Origin: Vulcanimicrobiota bacterium
GTDB taxonomy: Bacteria > Vulcanimicrobiota > Vulcanimicrobiia > Vulcanimicrobiales > Vulcanimicrobiaceae
Direction: 5' to 3'
NCBI GenBank assembly: GCA_003133025.1
Contig: PKZK01000230.1
Location: forward strand, 1-16,270
Length of the DNA: 16,270 bases
Position numbers and translations under genes: made by a program. Positions 1 to 7,224 of this stretch are shown here, piece after piece (position 1 is the stretch's first letter; each line of letters opens with the position of its first letter). The notes beneath the pieces were generated by a model. It was not told the DNA's origin. It was given only the letters and a program-made list of their open reading frames with translations, and did no database searches.

Positions 1-1782
1 GCCCGAGTGGATGCCCATGTGCCTGGGAAAGCCGTCTATGCGACGGCAAAACGCCAACAGCAATTCGCCTAGTGCGCCGCCTACCGGGCCTCTTACGCTT
101 TCTGTTGCGTTGTCGCTCGGCTCGTTGTCGTGGGGTGCGAAGCCGTAATATGCCGGGCGTTTTCGGCCTTCCGGCTTGGGCTTTGCTGCTTGGGCCGCCT
201 GGGGTTGGGGGGCGTCGTTTGAGCGTGAGAAGCGGATGTTGCTGCCGGTGTCTAGGTCTCGGCGTTTGGCTACTGAGGCCGGCAGCGTCGCTTCGCTCGC
301 CGCGCCGCCGGCGGCGGTTGTTGCGGTGGCGTCTGGGGCTTTGGGTGGTGATGTGCCCGTTGCTCCGGCCAAAGATTCTCGCGCGTCGTATTCTTTGGAG
401 ACTGCGTCTACTTGGGCCAGGGATAGGCCTAGGGCTTTGCCTACGTCGCGTATTGCGGAGCGGGTGCGGTAGGTGATCACTTCGGCGGCCATGGCGGCGT
501 GTTCCCGACCGTAGCGGTCGTAGACGTACTGGATTACCTTTTCGCGGTCTTGGTGGGCGAAGTCGATGTCGATGTCGGGCACTTCGTTGCGTTCTTCCGA
601 CAAGAAGCGTTCGAAGAGCAGCTTCATGCCGATCGGGTCGACGGCGGTTATGCCGAGCGCGTAGCAGACTGCGGAGTTGGCGGCGGAGCCTCGGCCTTGG
701 GCGAGTACGCCGAGTTCTGCGGCTTTGTTCGAAATGTCCCAGACGACTAAGAAATAGCCGGCCAGATCCATTCTGGCGATGATGCCGAGTTCGTATTCGA
801 GTTGGCGTTCGACTTCGCGCTCTAAGGGGTGGCCGTAGCGCTCGCGCGCGCCCTTGAAGACCAGCGTGCGCAGGTGCGAGTGGCTGCTGTTTTCTTCGGG
901 CGGGATGGGGAAGTGCGGGAATTGGCCGGACAGTTTGTCGAGGCGGAAGGTGCAGCGTTCGGCGACGTGCAGCGTGTTGTGGATGGCTTTGGGATAGGGT
1001 GCGAAGATGCGGGCCATTTGGGCCGGGCTCTTCAGGTAGAATTCATGATTTGGTAAGAGCAGGGTGCCCGCGCGCTGCAGCGAGGTTTTGTATTTGACGC
1101 AGGTCAGCACGTCGCAGAGTTTCGCGTCTTCGGCGTGCGCGTAGGCGACGCCGTTGGTTGCGACGTACGGGATGCCGAGGTCGGCTGCGAGCGTAACTTG
1201 CATCAGCACGAGGCGCGCGTCTTCGGAGCGTAGATGCTGCTGCAGTTCCATGTAGAAACTGCCCGGAAAGCGATCGCGCAGGCGTGCGGCGCGTTCGCGC
1301 GCGGTCGCGTAGTCGTCGCGCAGCAGCGCTTCTTCGGCGTAGCCTCGACGCGAGGCGGAGAGGGCGATCAGTCCGCGCGCGTCACCGACGTCGTCGAGGT
1401 GCAGACGCGCGTCGCGTTTCTTGCCGCGCAGTTGCGCGTGCGAGATCGCGCGGGCGAGGTTGGCGTAGCCGGTTTCGTCTTCGGCGAGCAAAACGAGGCG
1501 CGGGAAGCGCGCGGATTCTTCGGGCGTGGGATCGCGCCGGCGCTTGGGACGCAGTTCCGGAGCGTCGAGCGTGAGTTCCGCGCCGACGATCGCGCCGAGG
1601 CGCAGCGGCTTCGCCGCCTTGGCGAAGCGCACCGTGCCGTAGAAGCCGTCGCGGTCGGTGAGGGCGACGGCCGCGAGGCCGAGTTCGGCCGCTCTTTCCG
1701 CCAGCTCCTCGGGATGCGAGGCGCCTTCGAGAAAGCTGAAGTTGGAGCGGCAGTGGAGTTCGGCGTACCGGGCGGCGGCCAT
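1..1782 (-). CDS. dnaE2: Error-prone DNA polymerase III alpha subunit DnaE2/ImuC, 5' part (594 codons; continues beyond the left edge)
   Basis: Manual translation from ATG 1782 is open to position 1: MAAARYAELHCRSNFSFLEGASHPEEL (PHP start typical of DnaE2), ALTDRDG, GYFLVVWDI, QGRGSAANSAVCYALGIT (GSAANS is the DnaE2-type motif), LLFERFL, PDIDIDF (catalytic Asp pair), FPRHMGIHSG. Preceded by a LexA box; imuAB nearby. Confidence 0.97.
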   Translation of the reverse strand, partial: MAAARYAELHCRSNFSFLEGASHPEELAERAAELGLAAVALTDRDGFYGTVRFAKAAKPLRLGAIVGAELTLDAPELRPKRRRDPTPEESARFPRLVLLAEDETGYANLARAISHAQLRGKKRDARLHLDDVGDARGLIALSASRRGYAEEALLRDDYATARERAARLRDRFPGSFYMELQQHLRSEDARLVLMQVTLAADLGIPYVATNGVAYAHAEDAKLCDVLTCVKYKTSLQRAGTLLLPNHEFYLKSPAQMARIFAPYPKAIHNTLHVAERCTFRLDKLSGQFPHFPIPPEENSSHSHLRTLVFKGARERYGHPLEREVERQLEYELGIIARMDLAGYFLVVWDISNKAAELGVLAQGRGSAANSAVCYALGITAVDPIGMKLLFERFLSEERNEVPDIDIDFAHQDREKVIQYVYDRYGREHAAMAAEVITYRTRSAIRDVGKALGLSLAQVDAVSKEYDARESLAGATGTSPPKAPDATATTAAGGAASEATLPASVAKRRDLDTGSNIRFSRSNDAPQPQAAQAAKPKPEGRKRPAYYGFAPHDNEPSDNATESVRGPVGGALGELLLAFCRRIDGFPRHMGIHSG

Positions 1783-1791
1783 GGGGCCACC

Positions 1792-1820
1792 ATGCTAATC
1801 GAACGTATGTTCGATGTCAA
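1792..1820 (-). promoter_or_regulatory. Sigma70-type promoter of dnaE2: TTGACA (1820-1815), 17 bp spacer, TAGCAT (1797-1792)
   Basis: Consensus -35, exact 17-bp spacer and a TAnnAT -10; only 9 nt separate the -10 from the ATG. Confidence 0.85.
1798..1815. promoter_or_regulatory. LexA SOS box ATCGAAC-GTAT-GTTCGAT
   Basis: Perfect 7-4-7 palindrome matching the GAAC-N4-GTTC (Gram-positive/actinobacterial TCGAAC-N4-GTTCGA) LexA operator, directly upstream of dnaE2. Confidence 0.93.
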
Positions 1821-2386
1821 GTAGCGCTGGGCGCGGGTGCCGGTGCTCCGGGTTTGGGCAGGAGCGAGATCGACTTGAGCGCCGCGTCGCGCACTTTGAC
1901 GGCGTCGTCGTGGAATTTGGAGACGCCGCCGGCGTTGGTGTTATGAACCGAGCCTTGACCGACGTTGACGTCGTTCGAACCGTAGGCGATCTGCGAGGGC
2001 GGACGCCAATCGATGATGTCTTGCGCGAGCTTCACCGAGCGTTCCAAGGCCGCGCGGGCCAGCCCCTCGTTACCCGCGAGATGCTGCCAACCGCCGAGGA
2101 CGTATTGATACTGTGCCGCGGACAGGTGGGCGTACTGCAAATTGTCGACGCTGTTGTTGGTCGCGTTTTCCGACGCACACAGATCGTAGGCGTCGATCAC
2201 TTTTTGGGCCAGTTCGACCGCGGTATCGAGCGTGGTCGCCGGATTCTTGGTCTTGTCGAAGTACTCGCGCACGGGCTTCGTCGCTTGCGTGCAAATCGGA
2301 TCGGAGAAGCCGGCCTCCGCTGCCGGGGCTTGCGTCGCGACGGCTCCCGTGCCGAGCATGAGAGCGAGCGCAAGAATGCGTTTCAT
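1817..2386 (-). CDS. Hypothetical secreted protein (189 aa, helical-looking, 2 Cys)
   Basis: Start moved to ATG 2386 (MKRILALALMLGTGAVATQAPAAEA, a Sec signal peptide with AxA site; AAGGG upstream). Natural protein composition and a Pro/Ala-rich tail. No family recognised. Confidence 0.8.
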   Translation of the reverse strand: MKRILALALMLGTGAVATQAPAAEAGFSDPICTQATKPVREYFDKTKNPATTLDTAVELAQKVIDAYDLCASENATNNSVDNLQYAHLSAAQYQYVLGGWQHLAGNEGLARAALERSVKLAQDIIDWRPPSQIAYGSNDVNVGQGSVHNTNAGGVSKFHDDAVKVRDAALKSISLLPKPGAPAPAPSAT

Positions 2387-2483
2387 AGCCCTTGCGCCTA
2401 CTGCATCGCCCGGCTCCGGCCCTTCCGCACCGTTTGGGGCGGGACGCGGAGGATAATCTTCGGCCGGCGGGCCAGCCTTACGA

Positions 2484-3458
2484 GTGAAGTATAGAAAACT
2501 CGGACGCTGGGGCGTCAAGGTCTCGACGGTCGGTCTCGGTTCGTGGTTGACCTACGGCGGCAGCGTCGAGGAAGCGACCGCGCGCGACTGCGTCAAGCGC
2601 GCGTACGAACGCGGCGTAACCTTCTTCGATACGGCCAACGTCTATGCGCGGGGCCGCGCCGAGGAAGTGATGGGCCGGGCGCTCGCGGCGTATCGCCGTG
2701 ACTCGTACGTCCTGGCCACCAAGGTCTATTTTCCGATGAACGACGGGCCCAACGACCGCGGGCTCTCGCGCAAGCACGTCTTCGAGCAGAGCCGTCTCTC
2801 GCTCAAGCGTCTCGGCGTGGACTACATCGATCTCTATCAGTGTCACCGCTACGACGTGCAGACGCCGCTCGAAGAGACCTGCGCCGTCATGAACGATTTG
2901 ATTCGGCGCGGCGACGTGCTGTATTGGGGCGTGTCGGAGTGGAATCCCGATCAGATCGCGGCGGCGGTCACGCTCTGTCGCGCACGCGGCTGGGCGGAGC
3001 CCGCGAGCAATCAGCCGCAGTACAGCGCGCTCTGGCGGAGGATCGAGGAACGCGTGTTGCCCGTGTGCGCGGAATACGGTTTGGGCAACGTCGTCTGGTC
3101 GCCGCTCGCGATGGGCATTCTCTCCGGTAAGTACGCCGATGCGGCCAATCCGCCGGCGGGCACGCGCGCCGCGGGCTCGGCCAAAGACATGATGAGCGAT
3201 TATTTCACCCAGCCGGTGCTCGACGCGGTGCAAAAACTCGAACCGCTGGCGCGCGAAGCAAACGCCTCGCTCGCGCAGTTGGCGTTGGCCTGGTGCCTGC
3301 GTCGCAGCGAGGTTTCGAGCGTGATCGTCGGCGCCACGAAGACGCAACACGTCGACGACAACGTCGCCGCCGCCGACCTCGAGGTCGACCCCTCGATCTT
3401 CGCGCGGATCGATGCGATCTTGGCGCCGGTCACGCCGCACGAGCCGTATCTGTCGTAG
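2484..3458 (+). CDS. Aldo/keto reductase (Kv-beta-like subgroup)
   Basis: MKYRKLGRWGVKVS, GLGSWLTYG, FDTANVY, LATKVYF, GLSRKH, IDLYQCHRYD, YWGVSEW, WSPLAMGILSGKY: AKR catalytic Asp/Tyr/Lys/His motifs present. Confidence 0.95.
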   Translation: MKYRKLGRWGVKVSTVGLGSWLTYGGSVEEATARDCVKRAYERGVTFFDTANVYARGRAEEVMGRALAAYRRDSYVLATKVYFPMNDGPNDRGLSRKHVFEQSRLSLKRLGVDYIDLYQCHRYDVQTPLEETCAVMNDLIRRGDVLYWGVSEWNPDQIAAAVTLCRARGWAEPASNQPQYSALWRRIEERVLPVCAEYGLGNVVWSPLAMGILSGKYADAANPPAGTRAAGSAKDMMSDYFTQPVLDAVQKLEPLAREANASLAQLALAWCLRRSEVSSVIVGATKTQHVDDNVAAADLEVDPSIFARIDAILAPVTPHEPYLS

Positions 3459-3466
3459 CCGCGCGA

Positions 3467-4267
3467 TTGTTGCTGCGCGCCGCGCGGTTGGAACGGCCGC
3501 AACGCGCGGAGGGTTATCCCTGGAGCGTTCCGTCCGTGCTCGGGCTGCAGCGGCTCGAATTCTCCTCGGCCGTCACGTTCTTCGTCGGCGAGAACGGTTG
3601 CGGCAAGTCGACGCTGCTCGAAGCGTTGGCGGTCGCGGCCGAAGGCGTCGCGCTCGGTGCCGCGGATTTAGACAACGATCCGACGTTGGCGGCGGCGCGC
3701 GCGCTGGCCGCGCACGTCACGTTGAGCTGGGGCACGCCGCGCCCGGTTACGCGACTGTTCGTGCGCGCCGAGGACGTGTTCGGTTTCGTCAAGCGCGTTG
3801 CCGGTGAGATGCAAGGCTTGGGCGACCTCGAGAGCGAGTTTTTATCGGACGAGCCGCCGCTGCCGGGCTCCGGACGGGCGCGGGCGGCGGGCTACATGGC
3901 CGGTCAACGGCGCGCACTCGCTCAGCGCTACGGCGCCGATCCCGATGCGCGCTCGCACGGCGAGACGTTCCTGGCCTTCTTGCAACAACGCATCGTGCCG
4001 CGCGGACTGTACTTTTTCGACGAACCCGAGACGCCGCTCTCGCCGACGCGCGTGCTGGCCCTGATCGCGTTGTTGCGCGACGCCGCGGCGGCGGGCAGTC
4101 AGTTCGTGATCGCGACGCACTCGCCGATCTTGATGGCCACGCCCGGCGCCGACATCCGGCTCGTCGAGGAGAGCGCCATCCGCAGCGTCGCGTTCGACGA
4201 AGTGGAGCACGTCCGCGTGACCCGCGATTTCCTCAACGCGCCCGAGCGCTATCTGCGGCAGTTGTAA
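3467..4267 (+). CDS. Predicted ATPase (ABC/AAA-type, COG3910-like)
   Basis: Walker A GENGCGKST, SHGE signature, Walker B LYFFDEPE, H-loop IATHSPILM. Start placed at TTG 3467 just after the AKR stop; the ORF-track extension from 3293 overlaps the AKR. Exact start uncertain. Confidence 0.88.
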   Translation: MLLRAARLERPQRAEGYPWSVPSVLGLQRLEFSSAVTFFVGENGCGKSTLLEALAVAAEGVALGAADLDNDPTLAAARALAAHVTLSWGTPRPVTRLFVRAEDVFGFVKRVAGEMQGLGDLESEFLSDEPPLPGSGRARAAGYMAGQRRALAQRYGADPDARSHGETFLAFLQQRIVPRGLYFFDEPETPLSPTRVLALIALLRDAAAAGSQFVIATHSPILMATPGADIRLVEESAIRSVAFDEVEHVRVTRDFLNAPERYLRQL

Positions 4268-4270
4268 AGT

Positions 4271-4329
4271 GGCGCGGCTGCGGGCGACGCCACGGTGCAC
4301 ATCACCGTGGAGAAACCTGCAGCCGCGCC
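4271..4329. other. Nested 59-nt inverted repeat between convergent genes (terminator-like or structured RNA)
   Basis: Outer arms 4271-4284 (ggcgcggctgcggg) and 4316-4329 (cctgcagccgcgcc), 14 bp with one G-U; 5x5 internal loop; inner perfect 8-bp stem ccacggtg/caccgtgg with a 5-nt loop. Confidence 0.7.
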
Positions 4330-4358
4330 TCAGTGAGAACGCCCGCTAAAGAGGCGAA

Positions 4359-5240
4359 CTACGGGTCGAGCGTGCCGATCAGTTGCGCGGCCGAGGCGGT
4401 GTCGACGGCGAAGATCGAGAGGTGCGCGCCGGCGGGGATTGCCGAGCTGGTGTCGGCCGCGAGCGCCTGCTGTTGCGTGGTCGGATTCTTCAAACCGGAG
4501 GCCAACTGCGACGGCGTCGCGTTGATCAGCACGGAGAAGTTGCCGCTGCCGATGGACGGTCCGGCGGCGAAGCCGATCGCCGTGGGCAGACCGTTCGGTA
4601 ACGGCGAGAGGAAGTACTCGCCGCCTGCGACGTTGCCGCTGGTCGCGGGTCCGCTGATCGGGCTGGTCAACGAGAACGTGAAGAGCGTGGGCAGCAGCGT
4701 GGGAACCGGCTGCGCCGCATTGTAGACGCCGACCGCGACCGGCGCGTTGAGCGCACCCTGCACGAAGGGCGAGGCGTGATGCACGAGCAGCGCCGTCGTT
4801 CCGGCGGTCTCGGCCGACTCGACGAAGTTGATGAACTGCAGCGAGTTGTTGGCCAGCTTGCCGCCCACCACGATGCTGTACTGCGTGCTCGACGAGACGG
4901 TCACGCTTTCCGAAGCGACCGGCGTGGTGGTGCTGGGCGAACCGGCCGGTGCGATCACGTCGACCGTGTAGGTGCCCGGCGGAATGCTCAGATAGCTGGT
5001 GATCTGCGGGTAGGCGGCCGCGCCGACGGTGGGCGAGGTGGGCCGCGTCTTGCTGCTCTTGTAGACGTAGATGTCGACCGGGCCGGCGTCGGGCGAACCG
5101 TGAATGGCTCGCACCTGCGCGGGAGTCGGCGTCGGACCGACGCTCGGCGTCGAGCTGGAATTACACGCGGCGAGCGCGAGCGAGAACGCTGCGGCGCCTG
5201 CAAGCGCAAGCCCGCGCATCAGCGTACGGTATGATTTCAA
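4359..5240 (-). CDS. DUF4397-like lipoprotein, paralog 2
   Basis: TTG start at 5240 with AAGGAG 6 nt upstream; lipobox LAAC; Ser/Thr/Pro linker; VRAIHGSPDAGPVDIYV is a DUF4397-type motif, with a second LLVHHASP repeat. Confidence 0.85.
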   Translation of the reverse strand: MKSYRTLMRGLALAGAAAFSLALAACNSSSTPSVGPTPTPAQVRAIHGSPDAGPVDIYVYKSSKTRPTSPTVGAAAYPQITSYLSIPPGTYTVDVIAPAGSPSTTTPVASESVTVSSSTQYSIVVGGKLANNSLQFINFVESAETAGTTALLVHHASPFVQGALNAPVAVGVYNAAQPVPTLLPTLFTFSLTSPISGPATSGNVAGGEYFLSPLPNGLPTAIGFAAGPSIGSGNFSVLINATPSQLASGLKNPTTQQQALAADTSSAIPAGAHLSIFAVDTASAAQLIGTLDP

Positions 5241-5361
5241 GCGGAGCTCCTTCAAGTGTGGGCGCCAGGTGGGCGCTTCCGGGAGCTATACGGGGCCGTG
5301 TCGCTTCTGGACGCCGGGGGCGTCGAAGGGGCCGGGCGCCGCACACGCCCGGCAGTCCGGC

Positions 5362-6252
5362 CTATGGGTCGAGCGTGCCGATGAGTTGGGCGCTCGGAAT
5401 CGTATCGACGGCGAATACCGAGAGGTGCGCGCCGGCCGCGATGGTCGAGCCCGTGTCCCCCGCCAGCGTCAGTTGCGCCGAGGTCGGATTCTTCAAGCCC
5501 GTCGCGAGTTGTGACACCGGGGCGTAGATCAGCACCGAGAGGTTGCCGCTACCGGCAGGCGTGCCCGCAGCGAAGCCGACCGCGTTGGGCAACGCGCCGG
5601 CTTGCAGCGGCGAGAGGTAGAACTCTGCGCCGCTCACCGTGCCCGTGGCGGCGGGTCCGCTGGTACCGCTCGCGAGCGAAAACGAGAAGATCTGCGGAAC
5701 GAGCGCCGGGATGGGCTGCGACGCATCGTAGGCTCCGATGGCGACCGGAGCATTGAGGGCATTCTGGACGTACGGTGACGCATGGTGCACGAGCAACGCC
5801 GTTTGGCCCGAGACTTCCGCCGGCTCGACGAAGTTCACGAAGCGCAGCGTGCCGGCTCCGACTTTACCGCCGACGACGACGCTGTATTGCGTGTTCGACG
5901 AAACGTTGATGCTTTCGGAAGCAACGGGCGTGGCCGTACTCGGCGAACCGGCCGGTGCGATGACGTCGATGGTGTACGTGCCCGAGGAGATGCTGAGGTA
6001 GTTCGTGATCTGCGGGTACGCGGCGTTCGCAACGGTCGGCGACGTGGGCCGCGACTTGCCGCCGGGGTACACGTAGATGTCGACCGGACCGGCGTCGGGC
6101 GAGCCGTGAACGGCGCGCACTTGCGCGAATCCGCTGTTAGAGGGCGAACTCGTGCTCGGCGTCGAGCTGGAAGAACATGCGCTCAATGCGAGCGCGTACG
6201 CCGCGGCGCTAACGAGTGCGAAACGGCGTACGATTGGACGGACAGAGGGCAA
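5362..6252 (-). CDS. DUF4397-like lipoprotein, paralog 1
   Basis: TTG start at 6252 with AAGGAG 7 nt upstream; lipobox LSAC; VRAVHGSPDAGPVDIYV; colinear with the neighbour and sharing the C-terminus SAQLIGTLDP. Confidence 0.85.
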   Translation of the reverse strand: MPSVRPIVRRFALVSAAAYALALSACSSSSTPSTSSPSNSGFAQVRAVHGSPDAGPVDIYVYPGGKSRPTSPTVANAAYPQITNYLSISSGTYTIDVIAPAGSPSTATPVASESINVSSNTQYSVVVGGKVGAGTLRFVNFVEPAEVSGQTALLVHHASPYVQNALNAPVAIGAYDASQPIPALVPQIFSFSLASGTSGPAATGTVSGAEFYLSPLQAGALPNAVGFAAGTPAGSGNLSVLIYAPVSQLATGLKNPTSAQLTLAGDTGSTIAAGAHLSVFAVDTIPSAQLIGTLDP

Positions 6253-6270
6253 GGGTAAACTCCTTCGTTA

Positions 6271-6299
6271 TGTGGCGAGCGCCGATGGCGCTTGCCACA
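6271..6299. other. 13-bp hairpin just upstream of the lipoprotein RBS
   Basis: tgtggcgagcgcc-gat-ggcgcttgccaca, 12/13 Watson-Crick pairs; no U-tract, so function unclear. Confidence 0.5.
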
Positions 6300-6348
6300 C
6301 GCATACCGCGCACGGAGCGTACCGCCTTGCTTCCGGCGCTGGAAATTT

Positions 6349-7167
6349 TTACCCGAGCGCGCCCATGGCGAGTGCAGCCCACATTCCGCTGCCGAGCAGA
6401 TTCTGTCCGCCGTCGGCCACGAGGACCGTGCCCGTCACATACGACGCGAGCGGCGAAGCGAGAAAGACCGCCACGCGTCCGATGTCGTCGACGCTTCCCA
6501 GGCGTTGCAACGGAACCGCGCGCGCCAGTTTACCTTGGGCTCCCTCGCCCGGCGCTAAACGGCGCATGCCTTCGGTGTCGGCGATCGGTCCGGGCACGAT
6601 GCTGTTGCAGCGGATGCCGTGCTTGCCCCAATCGACGGCCAGGTCGCGCATCAACATGTCGACGCCGGCTTTGGCCGCGCCGACGTGCGCTTGATACGGA
6701 TACGCTTGAAAGGCTTGACCCGCCGAGATGAAGGTGATGCTGCCGCGCGTCTCCTTCAATTGTGGAAAGGCCGCGCGCGCCGCGTGGAACGAGCCGAGCA
6801 CGTCGATATCGAGCACCGACTTGAAACCGTTGGGCGTGATTGCTTCGGCCGAAGCGGGAAAGTTGCCGGCCGCACCGGCGATCAACACGCCGATCGTTCC
6901 GAGCGTCTGGCCCGCGTTCGTAATCGCCGCTTCGAGTGCGGCGTAATCGCGCACGTCGGCCGCTTGGGCGAAAACGGGATTACCGATTTCGCGTAATTCG
7001 GCGGCGGCGCCGTCGAGACGTTCTTGCGAACGTCCGCAGATCGCCACGCTCGCTCCGACCGCCGCGAAATTTTTAGCGATGCCCAGGTTGATGCCGCTGC
7101 CGCCGCCGGTGATGAACACGGTCGTGCCGCGGAAAAGGTCTTTGGAAAAGACGTCGGTGATCTGCAT
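6349..7167 (-). CDS. Short-chain dehydrogenase/reductase, peroxisomal-type 2,4-dienoyl-CoA reductase-like
   Basis: Start ATG 7167 (MQITDVFSKDLF); TGGGSGIN Rossmann motif, GAAGNF, QAHVGAAKAGVD, IRCNSIVPGPI, YVTGTVLVADGG. Confidence 0.9.
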   Translation of the reverse strand: MQITDVFSKDLFRGTTVFITGGGSGINLGIAKNFAAVGASVAICGRSQERLDGAAAELREIGNPVFAQAADVRDYAALEAAITNAGQTLGTIGVLIAGAAGNFPASAEAITPNGFKSVLDIDVLGSFHAARAAFPQLKETRGSITFISAGQAFQAYPYQAHVGAAKAGVDMLMRDLAVDWGKHGIRCNSIVPGPIADTEGMRRLAPGEGAQGKLARAVPLQRLGSVDDIGRVAVFLASPLASYVTGTVLVADGGQNLLGSGMWAALAMGALG

Positions 7168-7224
7168 ACGGGCTACCGTTGCGTTCGTAACCCGGGCGTT
7201 CCTCGAAGGGCTTATCCGCAAGGC

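Noticed and set aside
85..366. Intein in DnaE2
   Set aside because: No intein block A or terminal His-Asn followed by Cys/Ser/Thr; the sequence is low-complexity.
72..1824. Plus-strand ORFs over dnaE2
   Set aside because: Antisense shadows of a well-supported gene in high-GC DNA.
5120..5150. gtcggc-type short repeats
   Set aside because: They encode the PTPTP linker of the lipoprotein.
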